DNA of 63,444 bases from a virus (taxonomy: Duplodnaviria > Caudoviricetes). This document shows, piece after piece, positions 38,871-47,924 of this stretch. The stretch spans positions 1 through 63,444 of IMG/VR virus record IMGVR_UViG_3300044846_000637; one strand, given 5' to 3'. Every line of letters starts with the position of its first letter. The first letter of the stretch is position 1. Both the position numbers and the translations under genes were made by a program. A model generated the notes under the pieces. The model searched no databases. It saw only the letters and a program-made list of their open reading frames with translations, and was not told the origin of the DNA.

Positions 38871-41105
38871 TTAAGCCTTGAATTGTGTGTTGCTTGCCAA
38901 GACGGTGAAGGCTGCACTGCCTGTCTTGATGATGAGGTAGCGGTAGCTGTCGATGCCGCTTGCATTACCAGCAGTAGGAGCGCCGCCAAGCCAGCGAGTT
39001 GTCACCCCAGAGGTTGTGCCGTCCACTTGAACCGCGCTGTTGTAGTAAGCCGTAGCGCCTTGAGTGACCAAGAAAGCCACAGTCATAGACTGCCCTGTGC
39101 TCATCAATGTGTTCAGGCTTGTGCCGCTAGAAGCGCGGAAGTTGACCGTCCAGTTTGCCGATGCGTTGGAGGTGTAGTACAGCACCGACTGCGTGGTGAT
39201 GTCGTAGTTGATTGTGCCTGTAGCCGCCGTAGCCGAGACAGTAGCAACTTCTGCCGCGTCGTTTAGAACAATGGCTTGGGTTGAAGATGTGCCACTGAAT
39301 GTCTTTGTGCCTGTAAAGGTCTGAGCCGTGTTGATGCTGGCAACATCGGTTAAGGTGTTGCTACCAAAAGCAATCGTCTTGTTGGTCAGGGTCTGCGTGT
39401 CAGATGTACCCACAACATCGCCGGTCGGGGTGGTTTTGGATGTCCCCCAAGCTGTTCCAGTAGAAACAGCAATGCCTGCACCGGGATAAGCCTGCGCCGC
39501 AGGGGTCGATGATTGCCACGTTGTACCGTTTGATGTCAGTACGTTCCCGTTTGTGCCGGGGGCCACCACCTGAACAGCAGAAGTGCCATTGCCAAGCAAT
39601 ACGTTGTTGGCCGTCAGGGATGTTGCGCCTGTGCCTCCGTTTGCAATTGCAACAGTGCCTGTGACGTTGGTAGCCGAGGCAATCGAGGTTGTGTAGGCAA
39701 ACGCGGAGCCGTTCCAGCCGAGCACTTCGCCGGAAGCTGTTGGCGCCGAAACAAACGACGTTGCACCGGAGCCAGTGTTGTACACGATCTGGTTTGCCGC
39801 TCCGTTTGCCACATTGGTGGCCGAGGTTGCATTGCCCGAGAGGGCGGCTGTGATGGTGCCCGCAGAGAAGTTGCCGGAGGCATCCCGCGCCACAACCTTG
39901 GAAGCCGTGTTGGCATCTGTTGCATCCACAGCAAACGTACGCGCAGCGGAGCCATCAAACGTACCGCCGCTGGTCAGGAAGGTGCCCGCAGTCAGTGCGT
40001 TGGCTACAGAACCGGCAGAACCCGTAATGTTGCCCGTGACCGCCGAACCGTTGATGGCGATGGCCGTGGGGGTAACGCCCGTGACTTGGCCTTGCGCGTT
40101 TGTTGTGATTACCGGAACGGAGGACGCTGAACCGTATGTGCCCGCAGTACCGATGTTGGCAATGTTGAACGTGTAGGTTGGCGACTCGTTCAGGCCCGTA
40201 CCCGCCGTATAGGTGATCGGTGCAGAGAACTGCTGGAAGACAATGGCTGTCGTGCCAATGGTTATGGGTGGAGGGGTCTGCTGCACCCAAGCGGTATTGA
40301 CGTTGGCTGTACCGCTGGTCACCAAGAAGAAGTCGCCCTCGTCGATCTCGTTAACTCCGGTGCCGACGGAATCAAAGTCTGTGGCGCGGGTCAAGATGTA
40401 AGGTGTTCCAGCAGAACCGACCTGCGTAACAGTGTACACACCGTTATTCGCACCAGCCGCTTCGTTCTTGACCAGTACCCGCTCTGAAGCGGTAGTAAGG
40501 ATTGAGTCCACAGACAGAGCGCCGTTGGCAGTTGCTGTCAGCGTAGCCCCAACCCCGGATGTGCCGTTGTTGTACGTGTTCGCAGGCAGTGCTGCTGTGG
40601 TCGCCAAGTTGACCGCTTCATGGAAGTGGATGCCAGATGCAATCGCGTCAGCGTACTGCTTGTTGACGATGTCCGTGTTGTTGACCGGCGCGTTGGCAAC
40701 TGTCCCCGCCGTAATGTTGGCCGTTGAGATGTTGGCTGTGCTGGTCCCCAGAGTGCCGATGTCCAACGTTGTGACGGCGGAGCCTGCCGCGTCCAGATAC
40801 ACCGCCCGAGACGATGGGTAGGTAACAAACACATCCTTGGTGCCCGCGCCAAAGTTTACCAACGAGCCAGCGTTACTGGACGACACCACGGTAGTCCGGG
40901 ACAGGGTTGTGCCGGAGGCTGTGTAAGTGCCGACACCGACCTCCCAAGCGCCAGATGTTGCGTCCACGATGGCGTAGAAGGTCTGGTTGCCATCACCCAC
41001 GGCGGAGAAAGGCTGAAACCCCGCAGCCGCACCGGCGAGTGTTACCGTGCCCGTCCCTGCTGTGGTGGTGGTTTCCTTAACCCGGTCTTTGAGAACTAAA
41101 GCCAT
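38871..41105 (-). CDS. Tail fibre-like structural protein
   Basis: MALVLKDRVKETTT N-terminus, VNKQYAD, RVLVKNE...NGVY, QTLTNKT; Thr/Gly/Ala-rich. Confidence 0.8.
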   Translation of the reverse strand: MALVLKDRVKETTTTAGTGTVTLAGAAAGFQPFSAVGDGNQTFYAIVDATSGAWEVGVGTYTASGTTLSRTTVVSSSNAGSLVNFGAGTKDVFVTYPSSRAVYLDAAGSAVTTLDIGTLGTSTANISTANITAGTVANAPVNNTDIVNKQYADAIASGIHFHEAVNLATTAALPANTYNNGTSGVGATLTATANGALSVDSILTTASERVLVKNEAAGANNGVYTVTQVGSAGTPYILTRATDFDSVGTGVNEIDEGDFFLVTSGTANVNTAWVQQTPPPITIGTTAIVFQQFSAPITYTAGTGLNESPTYTFNIANIGTAGTYGSASSVPVITTNAQGQVTGVTPTAIAINGSAVTGNITGSAGSVANALTAGTFLTSGGTFDGSAARTFAVDATDANTASKVVARDASGNFSAGTITAALSGNATSATNVANGAANQIVYNTGSGATSFVSAPTASGEVLGWNGSAFAYTTSIASATNVTGTVAIANGGTGATSLTANNVLLGNGTSAVQVVAPGTNGNVLTSNGTTWQSSTPAAQAYPGAGIAVSTGTAWGTSKTTPTGDVVGTSDTQTLTNKTIAFGSNTLTDVASINTAQTFTGTKTFSGTSSTQAIVLNDAAEVATVSATAATGTINYDITTQSVLYYTSNASANWTVNFRASSGTSLNTLMSTGQSMTVAFLVTQGATAYYNSAVQVDGTTSGVTTRWLGGAPTAGNASGIDSYRYLIIKTGSAAFTVLASNTQFKA

Positions 41106-41114
41106 TTTTGATCC

Positions 41115-41828
41115 TTACGACGGCAGGTTGGTCCAGCCGGGATTTTGTGTGTCATTGACATTTTGCCAGTTCGGGCTTTGCGTGTCGTTGATATTTTGCC
41201 AATCTGGGTTTTGTGTGTCATTCACCGCAGCCCAGACCAAAGCCCCGCCGATGCTGATGTAAAGCTGCACCCCTGCCGGGTAGACGTTTGCTGTTCTGAG
41301 GACGCCGAGTGAACTCAGTGCGCTGACCGCTTCTGCAATGGTTGCGTTGACGCTGATCTGCGAGATTACGGAGTCCGAGCCTGCCGCGCCTTCGGCAACA
41401 GCAACAGAAATTGACAACGCACGGGACACCGAATCACTGCCGGTTGCCGTCTCCGCCTGCGAGGCCAAGAACGCACCAACCGCAGCCTGAATTGCTAAGG
41501 CTGTAGCCGTTTCTGCTTGAGAGGCTACAAAAACGCCTGTTGCTGTTTGGGCTGCTGAGCCTGATGCGGTCTCCAGTACCGAAGCCACCAAGGCGGCTAT
41601 GGCTGACTGTGCATCTGACGCTATAGCTGACTCTGCCGCGAAAGCGGTCAACACACCTTGGGCTGAAGCAAAGTCTTGTCCAGTAGACGACTCCGCTTGA
41701 AACCCGCCACGGGTTGTTAATTGCGATTGACTGGCTACAGCGGTTGCGGAGTCAGCAACGGAAACAGAAAACGTGTTCCCGCCTAAAGAGGCGAAGGGTG
41801 CTTGGGCAAAAGTGACATCACCAAACAC
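41115..41828 (-). CDS. Virion structural protein with Ala/Ser repeats
   Basis: GTG start; MFG..FAQAPFAS; three C-terminal 11-aa NDTQ(N/S)PxW repeats. Confidence 0.7.
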   Translation of the reverse strand: MFGDVTFAQAPFASLGGNTFSVSVADSATAVASQSQLTTRGGFQAESSTGQDFASAQGVLTAFAAESAIASDAQSAIAALVASVLETASGSAAQTATGVFVASQAETATALAIQAAVGAFLASQAETATGSDSVSRALSISVAVAEGAAGSDSVISQISVNATIAEAVSALSSLGVLRTANVYPAGVQLYISIGGALVWAAVNDTQNPDWQNINDTQSPNWQNVNDTQNPGWTNLPS

Positions 41829-41839
41829 CGCACGTCCTG

Positions 41840-42418
41840 TTAAGCGGCGTCGAGAGAGAAGGTGTAGGTCACGTTCAAGGTATCGCCGTTGTCCACGGTT
41901 TTATCACCACCTGTGAAGTCTCCAGCAGAGAACAGAATGCCTGAGGTTCCCGAGGCCACGGTACACAAGAGTGCGCCAGCTACCACTGTGCCGTTCACCA
42001 ACATGGCAAACGAAGACGGCGCTGCGGAGTTGGAGATCACCGAAGGGTCAGCGGTTGTGGCCGTGCCAAAAGTCACCGCCTTGCGGTTGCCTGTGTAGTC
42101 GGTGCCGGGGGCCAGCTCTGTCCAGCCAGCGTGCGAGGCAAGTGTGTCACCAGCGGCAAATGTTGTACCAGAACCGGGGCCTTGAACCAAACCAAGGAAC
42201 CAACCCGCCGTGTAACCGGAGGCGGAGAAATACTTGGAGTTCATGTCCTGCAATCCTTGGTTGACCACCAAGTTGTGGAAGGTGTCAGACCACTTCTCTA
42301 CGCCGTCTGCGCCAACGCAAGTCACAGTAAAAACACCACCAGCGCAAGCGCCTTCAGTGCCCGTTGGGCGCATAACTGTTGCCGCTGTCACGACGTCTTT
42401 AGCTGAACTGTGTTCCAT
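41840..42418 (-). CDS. Virion structural protein
   Basis: HNLVVNQG...GDTLNVTY pattern in the tail cluster. Confidence 0.7.
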   Translation of the reverse strand: MEHSSAKDVVTAATVMRPTGTEGACAGGVFTVTCVGADGVEKWSDTFHNLVVNQGLQDMNSKYFSASGYTAGWFLGLVQGPGSGTTFAAGDTLASHAGWTELAPGTDYTGNRKAVTFGTATTADPSVISNSAAPSSFAMLVNGTVVAGALLCTVASGTSGILFSAGDFTGGDKTVDNGDTLNVTYTFSLDAA

Positions 42419-42427
42419 GATTGGTCC

Positions 42428-42874
42428 TTACGAAATACGCACAATGGCGCTGTTGGCATCGGGTGCTGGGAAGATGACTTGGAATGTGTCGTTGTTGACA
42501 GTTTTGTCCGCGCCAAAATCCAGCACCGCAACGGATTTGTTGCCTTGCGTCACGTTGTAGATTAAGCCTGCGCGAGCCGTAAACGTGGCGTTTGCCCAAG
42601 ATGTGTTGGCAAAAGAAATGTACGCCGTAGGTATGGACAGCGCGTTGTTGCCAGACGTGGGAGAGACGGAGATGGTCAAAGTATTGCCTCCAGCCGTGTA
42701 CCCCGTGCCCACCACCTCATCCGCTGTTGAGTAGATGGTTGTGCTTGCGTTTACGTCGGCAGCCGCCGTGTACAGCGCAATCTTGAATGTGTCTGGCGAT
42801 GTTGGGCCAAAGTTGTGAACCGCTTGAAGCAGTTGAACTTTGAAGCTTGTTGTAGCTGTTTGAAGAATACTCAT
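42428..42874 (-). CDS. Virion structural protein
   Basis: TSFK..LL...HNF...FKIALYT...GYTAGG...VLDFG. Confidence 0.75.
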   Translation of the reverse strand: MSILQTATTSFKVQLLQAVHNFGPTSPDTFKIALYTAAADVNASTTIYSTADEVVGTGYTAGGNTLTISVSPTSGNNALSIPTAYISFANTSWANATFTARAGLIYNVTQGNKSVAVLDFGADKTVNNDTFQVIFPAPDANSAIVRIS

Positions 42875-43527
42875 GACACTTGAATCCTCACTTGACCATC
42901 GCGATAAGCATCCATACGTTGCTTGCCATCAGCCAGATTTTTGTACAGAGCAATAGCTTGAGTGTACCGATCTTGGTACAGTTTTAGCATATCAGGCTCA
43001 CCTTTCATGTATGTGAGCGCTTCGCACATGGTTCCGTATAGCAACACAGAGTCAAAGTTATCACCCAGCCATGACGTACCGGCGGTCACGATGGACTCTG
43101 GGTAGTAATAGTAGTGAAGCTCAGCGTTGTATGCGGCGTTTGGGGTGGGGCCCACAATAAACGAAAGCTCATTCACGTCGTTGGACTGCGGCCCAAAGAT
43201 GGCGTAGTGCTTGGGCTTGCCTGTTGTTGCTGGGTTTGGATACGCTTCACGCATGAAGTTCACATCCTTGTTCAGCAAGTACAAGAAGTCGCCAGTGCCG
43301 GAGGCTGGGTAGATGGCAAGGCTGTACGCAGACAAAAAGTCAGCGGGAGCTGCCAAGTACTTATTGCCAGACGTCAAAGAACCCGTCACGTTCTTCCTCA
43401 GATTGGCGGGTTGCGCAGTGTTATAGATGCGCTGCTCCGCCTGCTGAATGAAGGTGTTCATGTCCGCTGTTGCGAAGACGTTCTCGCAATAGTCTTGGAC
43501 GGCAGTGACCAGTTCGTTGTACGTCAT
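42871..43527 (-). CDS. Head-tail adaptor / tail tubular protein A-like
   Basis: MTYNELVTAVQDY, FIQQAEQRIY, G.PKHYA, PTP..Y, LLYG. Confidence 0.7.
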   Translation of the reverse strand: MTYNELVTAVQDYCENVFATADMNTFIQQAEQRIYNTAQPANLRKNVTGSLTSGNKYLAAPADFLSAYSLAIYPASGTGDFLYLLNKDVNFMREAYPNPATTGKPKHYAIFGPQSNDVNELSFIVGPTPNAAYNAELHYYYYPESIVTAGTSWLGDNFDSVLLYGTMCEALTYMKGEPDMLKLYQDRYTQAIALYKNLADGKQRMDAYRDGQVRIQVS

Positions 43528-43534
43528 ATCAACC

Positions 43535-43801
43535 TCAAGCCATTGGGCCTCGTGCCATCAAGCCCTTGGTGGCAGCGCCAGTACCGCGCACCTTAATACC
43601 GCTGGTCTTTGTAGGCATGCCGTCAGGCTTGTTGCTCATTGCACCAACGCTCATGTTGACCGTGTCAACGCGGCTGTGGTTTGGCTCTTTACCGGGGTTG
43701 GTTTGGGCTTTCACAGTCTTGCCGTCCATTGTGTGCGGCTTGGCGTAGACTTTGGCATCGCCAACTTCTTTGCCCATCATTTTCTTGCTGAAGGTTGCCA
43801 T
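43535..43801 (-). CDS. Small basic virion-module protein
   Basis: GIKVRGTGAATKG..ARGPMA; GAGG RBS. Confidence 0.7.
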   Translation of the reverse strand: MATFSKKMMGKEVGDAKVYAKPHTMDGKTVKAQTNPGKEPNHSRVDTVNMSVGAMSNKPDGMPTKTSGIKVRGTGAATKGLMARGPMA

Positions 43802-43802
43802 A

Positions 43803-43997
43803 TTAGCCTCGTTTCTGTGCTGCAATTTTAGCCAGACCGCGACCCATGGACTTCATGTCCGCGTTGGTTTTGCCACCGCCACTTTTGCCGGGTTTGCCGC
43901 CCATCATCTCTTTGGATGTGGGACCGCTGTCACCAAGGTTTTTGCCCTTGGTTTTGCCTTGTTTGGCGATGCCATCTGCTGATCGTGTGAATGCCAT
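43803..43997 (-). CDS. Small basic protein
   Basis: ADGIAKQGKTKG motif; GGAG RBS. Confidence 0.7.
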   Translation of the reverse strand: MAFTRSADGIAKQGKTKGKNLGDSGPTSKEMMGGKPGKSGGGKTNADMKSMGRGLAKIAAQKRG

Positions 43998-43998
43998 T

Positions 43999-44391
43999 TT
44001 AAGCTCCTATCTGAATGGTGACTGTACCAACTTGCACACCCAATGCCAAGTAATTTGGCGTCAGTAAATTGTCAAAACTTCTGGAACCACCAACCGGGTT
44101 CCACCCCCACTGGATGTCTCGCGACCCGCCAGACAGGTTTCCTGCTGAGTTTACGCCAGATGTGACGTACGTTGTATCTCTGCGGGGGTTGCGCAAGGCC
44201 TGTGGATCATCTACAGGAAACGTGCCAAGCATCAACTGCGGCTGATCTGGGTCCCAGCATTCCGGGCACACCAGCAGCTCGTACTTGCGCTGCTTGATGA
44301 TCTCGGTGCGCAACTTCTTGAGTTGATATTGCTGGCCGCAGCGATCACACTCCGCAATCGCTTTCTTGCCGGATGCGAACCGATTACCCAT
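43999..44391 (-). CDS. Zn-finger protein
   Basis: CDRCG...CPECWD, DPQALRNPR. Confidence 0.75.
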   Translation of the reverse strand: MGNRFASGKKAIAECDRCGQQYQLKKLRTEIIKQRKYELLVCPECWDPDQPQLMLGTFPVDDPQALRNPRRDTTYVTSGVNSAGNLSGGSRDIQWGWNPVGGSRSFDNLLTPNYLALGVQVGTVTIQIGA

Positions 44392-45326
44392 CAGTAACCC
44401 CCGCCGCTTCCGATAAACATCTGACGAGGCACGAACCGCACGGCAGCTTTCTCGCGATCCTCTCCAGCGGCAATCTCAAAAGTTTCGTCGTACATCTGCT
44501 TGAGCATCTGAATGCGCGGCATCAGCTCAGGGACTTTGACTGCAATGTGGTACGCCAACCCAGACACCAAGGCCGGGAGAAAGCGGAAGTTCATGTCGGC
44601 AGTCTCGGCACCAGCGCCAGCATCTTGCACTCGGCGCAGTCTCCAATACACAAACTGGTATGGGGTGGAGTTGTCGGGCGTAGGCCAGACGGTTACCGCA
44701 GGTAACTGAGGGACATAAACCGCAGTGCCTGTGATGTGCGAGGCGGCTGTTGTGTTGTTCTGTCCACGGAACACCCCGCCCAGAACATTTCCGGTGATGT
44801 ATGTGTAGTAGATGTCTTCCGAATCAAGGCGGAGGAAGCCCGATCCCGCCAGTCCAACCACCGTGCTGAGCGTGAGCGTAGTGTCTGTGGAGTTGATGGC
44901 TCCATCAAGGGTTGCCGATGTTGGATTCACTTCACCAGACAGCCGCTGAATCCAGACTTGGATTGGTCGAGCTTGCTGAAGTTTGTTCGGGATGGTCGCG
45001 TAAGTAGAAACACTGATCCGGCTGATGGTTAGGTCAGCTTGAGTTGATGCGGTGTTTTGGCCCGTGCGAATAACTTGCTCAAGCAAGTCAATCGTATCTG
45101 TTGGCAAGGCGTATGTAGACAAGCCCGGGGTCAGGTTAATGAACCCCTGCTCCATTGTCCACATGTTGATGCCCTTGCTCTGCCACTCAATGGTCATCAG
45201 GTTCATCGAGCGACGCGCTGTACGCAAGTCATAACCCGAACGCATTTCCCGGCCCGCACGCTCCCATGCTTCCTCGGCAATTTCCGTGAAGTCCATATTG
45301 AAGAGTGTGGAGCCGGTAGTGGTCAT
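44391..45326 (-). CDS. Head-tail connector-like protein with inserted beta-domain
   Basis: EEAWERAG..GYDLRTARRSMNL, IPNKL, WPTPD; insert TLDGAINST...RGQNNTTAASH. Confidence 0.65.
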   Translation of the reverse strand: MTTTGSTLFNMDFTEIAEEAWERAGREMRSGYDLRTARRSMNLMTIEWQSKGINMWTMEQGFINLTPGLSTYALPTDTIDLLEQVIRTGQNTASTQADLTISRISVSTYATIPNKLQQARPIQVWIQRLSGEVNPTSATLDGAINSTDTTLTLSTVVGLAGSGFLRLDSEDIYYTYITGNVLGGVFRGQNNTTAASHITGTAVYVPQLPAVTVWPTPDNSTPYQFVYWRLRRVQDAGAGAETADMNFRFLPALVSGLAYHIAVKVPELMPRIQMLKQMYDETFEIAAGEDREKAAVRFVPRQMFIGSGGGY

Positions 45327-45329
45327 GGT

Positions 45330-45563
45330 TTACTTCTTTGCTGTCTTGGCGGATTCAATGAAATCCTGCGCTGTTGGTGCGCCCTTTTGGCCCGGCTTGC
45401 GCATCTTTTCACCACGCGCACGCTTGGCGTTGATGTTAGCGTACAACCCCACCTTTCCGCCAGCGGCGTACTGGGTGAAGTCGGTGTCATCCCGGCGTGC
45501 TTTTTTCACGCCTTTGGGCATCTTAGAGGGGAGGATGTCTCCCATACCGCGACTAGCTCTCAT
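45330..45563 (-). CDS. Small basic protein
   Basis: YAAGGKVGLYANINAKR...KGAPTA. Confidence 0.7.
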   Translation of the reverse strand: MRASRGMGDILPSKMPKGVKKARRDDTDFTQYAAGGKVGLYANINAKRARGEKMRKPGQKGAPTAQDFIESAKTAKK

Positions 45564-45565
45564 GG

Positions 45566-46162
45566 TTACACCATCTTTCCGCGAGTTTTACCCTTGGAAG
45601 CAATACCATCTGCACGCTTAGAAGCGGAGCCACCAGAAGCCATCTTCTTGACCTTACCGCCGCGCTTCATGCCAATGCCAGAACTATCAGGTTCAATAGT
45701 CTCTTCGCCGCGATCTTTACCGCCCAAAGCAGAGCGGATACGTTCACCAACAGAGCGTGTATCAGTTGTGCTACCAGACCTAGCGCGGTCACGACTCATC
45801 CGTGCGCGTTCGGCCAAAGACATTTTGGTTACGTCAGTGGAAGGCGTAGTAGGGGCTGCGGCGGGGCTTTCTAATCCAAGCTGCGCTTTTGCACTAGACA
45901 CTGCTTCTTTTGACGGCTTTTCCCCCATACCCAACTGCTTTTCAGCAGCGGCTTTGCTCATGGATTTATCTTCACGCCTAGTCAAACCGCGTTCTTTGTT
46001 CAAGAAGTCACGCAAGCTCATGCCAGAGTCTTCCAACTCTTTTTTGCTGACCACGCGTTGCTTTGAATTTGCTGTTACCGCAGGTTTACGCATGTCCGCG
46101 TCTTCCACAAATTTCATGGCGCGAGCGCGTGTGTCGTCATCGATGTTTGGATTGCGTGCCAT
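45566..46162 (-). CDS. Basic low-complexity protein with C-terminal tag motif
   Basis: Ends MASGGSASKRADGIASKGKTRGKMV. Confidence 0.75.
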   Translation of the reverse strand: MARNPNIDDDTRARAMKFVEDADMRKPAVTANSKQRVVSKKELEDSGMSLRDFLNKERGLTRREDKSMSKAAAEKQLGMGEKPSKEAVSSAKAQLGLESPAAAPTTPSTDVTKMSLAERARMSRDRARSGSTTDTRSVGERIRSALGGKDRGEETIEPDSSGIGMKRGGKVKKMASGGSASKRADGIASKGKTRGKMV

Positions 46163-46171
46163 CTCAACTCC

Positions 46172-46393
46172 TTAGCAGGTTTTGCCGCCCATAGCCATTT
46201 TGACCATTGTGCCCTTAGTACGACCTTTAGTCACACAGCCGTCAGCGCGAGTAACGCTACCACCTTTGGCTTTCTTAACCGTAGGCGCTGGCGCTGGGGG
46301 CGTCTTGCTGGCTGCGTTGTATGCTTTTTCAGCAGCCTCGGCAGCTTTTTTATCCGCAATCATCTGACGCGCTTCTTTTTCGGCTTGGCTCAT
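46172..46393 (-). CDS. Small basic protein with tag motif
   Basis: AKGGSVTRADGCVTKGRTKGTMVKMAMGGKTC. Confidence 0.75.
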   Translation of the reverse strand: MSQAEKEARQMIADKKAAEAAEKAYNAASKTPPAPAPTVKKAKGGSVTRADGCVTKGRTKGTMVKMAMGGKTC

Positions 46394-46402
46394 GTCAGCT
46401 CC

Positions 46403-46867
46403 TTAGCAGGTTTTACCACCACGGGCCATCTTGACCATCATGCCTTTGGTTTTGCCTTGGGTGGCAACACCGTCACGGCTTGGAGCGGCAGTACGAACTG
46501 CGCCCATCTTGGTTGTGCCAACCGAGCCGCCCTTCTTCATGCCGTGCGCTTTAGAAGCGGGAGCAGCGGCGTGGGCCTTCAAAGAGGAAGAGATGCCACC
46601 ACCTTTGGCAAAAGGTTTACCCTTTGCTTCGGCCATTTCATGCTTAATCATAGACTTGGGAGCGCCCTTCTTCTTCATGAAGTTCATCTCTTTTGCCGCC
46701 ATCGCTTTAGATTCTTTCATATCGCCACCTTTTGAAAATTTGCGGCCCTTGTCCGCGTTGGAGAACTCTTTGCCCACTGATTGTGGGACACCTGCCTTCT
46801 TCGCAAAGGCTGGGTTATTCGCCACAGCCGCCATGAAGTTGTGTTGCTTTTTACTCGTGCTGGGCAT
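46403..46867 (-). CDS. Basic protein with repeated xxGG motifs
   Basis: MPSTSKKQHNFMAAVA; FSKGG, FAKGG, MKKGG, RDGVATQGKTKG, MARGGKTC. Confidence 0.75.
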   Translation of the reverse strand: MPSTSKKQHNFMAAVANNPAFAKKAGVPQSVGKEFSNADKGRKFSKGGDMKESKAMAAKEMNFMKKKGAPKSMIKHEMAEAKGKPFAKGGGISSSLKAHAAAPASKAHGMKKGGSVGTTKMGAVRTAAPSRDGVATQGKTKGMMVKMARGGKTC

Positions 46868-47096
46868 TGCTGCCTCTCAGGTTGTCAATCTTGCGTTCAA
46901 GTCGGTCAAACCGGTCCATCAACTGCTGCATGTCTGCGCGAAACTCAGAACGGGTAATGTGGTCACGAGCCACTTCCTCGCGGGTCTTGTTCAGCAAAAT
47001 GCTGAGCCGATCCAGCTCATCAAACTTGCCTTTAAGCAAGAAACCCATGACCCCCACGATAGCACTCAGGGCCGCGTTCCAAAGCATCATTTCCAT
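46851..47096 (-). CDS. Small N-terminally anchored coiled-coil protein
   Basis: Hydrophobic N-terminus, FDRLERKID heptads. Confidence 0.7.
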   Translation of the reverse strand: MEMMLWNAALSAIVGVMGFLLKGKFDELDRLSILLNKTREEVARDHITRSEFRADMQQLMDRFDRLERKIDNLRGSNAQHE

Positions 47097-47097
47097 G

Positions 47098-47355
47098 TCA
47101 GCACTTCCACCGCGCCAGTGACGCGGCTTTACGAGTGGGCTTGCCCTTCTCGTCTTTCATTGGACCGGGCATACCTGACATGCGTGCGCAGAAAGAATCC
47201 TTGCGCTTGCCACCCTGCGGTTGCGGGGCTTTTAGGTTGCTTCCGGTTTTTGCATTGTAGGCTTTTCGACCCGCAGCAGTCATTCCAGCACCTTCTTTTG
47301 TGCTGAGATAGTTGCGACCTTTGCCTTTGGTGGTTTTTGCAATTTGGTTTGCCAT
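47098..47355 (-). CDS. DUF6321-like small basic protein
   Basis: GMTAAGRKAYN..TGSNLKAP...RKDSFCARMSG...SLARWKC. Confidence 0.75.
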   Translation of the reverse strand: MANQIAKTTKGKGRNYLSTKEGAGMTAAGRKAYNAKTGSNLKAPQPQGGKRKDSFCARMSGMPGPMKDEKGKPTRKAASLARWKC

Positions 47356-47924
47356 TAAATCACCTCAAACCGGTTGTGTTTTGAAATATTCTCTTTGCCT
47401 CGCAACACCCGCATATTGCTAGGTACGTGCAAACCAGACACCAAATCGCCTTGAAGCGGTATTACGTGGTCAACGTGCCAAGGCTCTTGATTTTCACGGG
47501 TTAGCATTGCAGCAACGGAGTGCAGGCACCTGATTTTTAGCTTGTCAAAATCAGTAAGCCACGCAGGGGTTCGTTGCAACTTTATGGCTCTGCGGTTGGC
47601 GGAATTTGCGGAAGAAACTTCAGGTCGCAACTTTTGGCGATTCAACTGCCGTTTTTTAGCCTGCTCGTGGTTTGCGTAGTAGTACTCAAGTGCTTGGGCG
47701 CGTCTTTTTTCTGCGTTGCGCTGGTACTCCGCTGAATGGTCCCGCTGCATATCCGAAGTTTTACGCTTGTGGTCCCGGCTGCAAAACCTTGCGTTTGACT
47801 TTTTATGGTCAATGTCCACACCACACAATTCGCAAGCTCTGCCTTTGGCTGTCAACCCGGCTCCCTTGGAGGCAGGCAACTTCTCGCCACGACCGATTGC
47901 AAGGGATGGGGTCTTCTTAGCCAT
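47355..47924 (-). mobile_element. HNH homing endonuclease fused to a DUF6321-like N-terminal peptide
   Basis: CELC...FCSRDH Zn finger, RTPAW, HVDHVIPLQG..VSGLHVPSN...EN HNH motif; the first 30 aa parallel the downstream gene. Confidence 0.85.

Noticed and set aside
34794-41105. Diversity-generating retroelement or invertible fibre cassette
   Set aside because: No reverse transcriptase or invertase was recognised. The repeats are protein-level with synonymous divergence, and no adenine-specific TR/VR pair was seen by eye.
47355-47835. Group I intron carrying the HNH
   Set aside because: There is no non-coding room for a ribozyme core: the HNH stop overlaps the next start codon.
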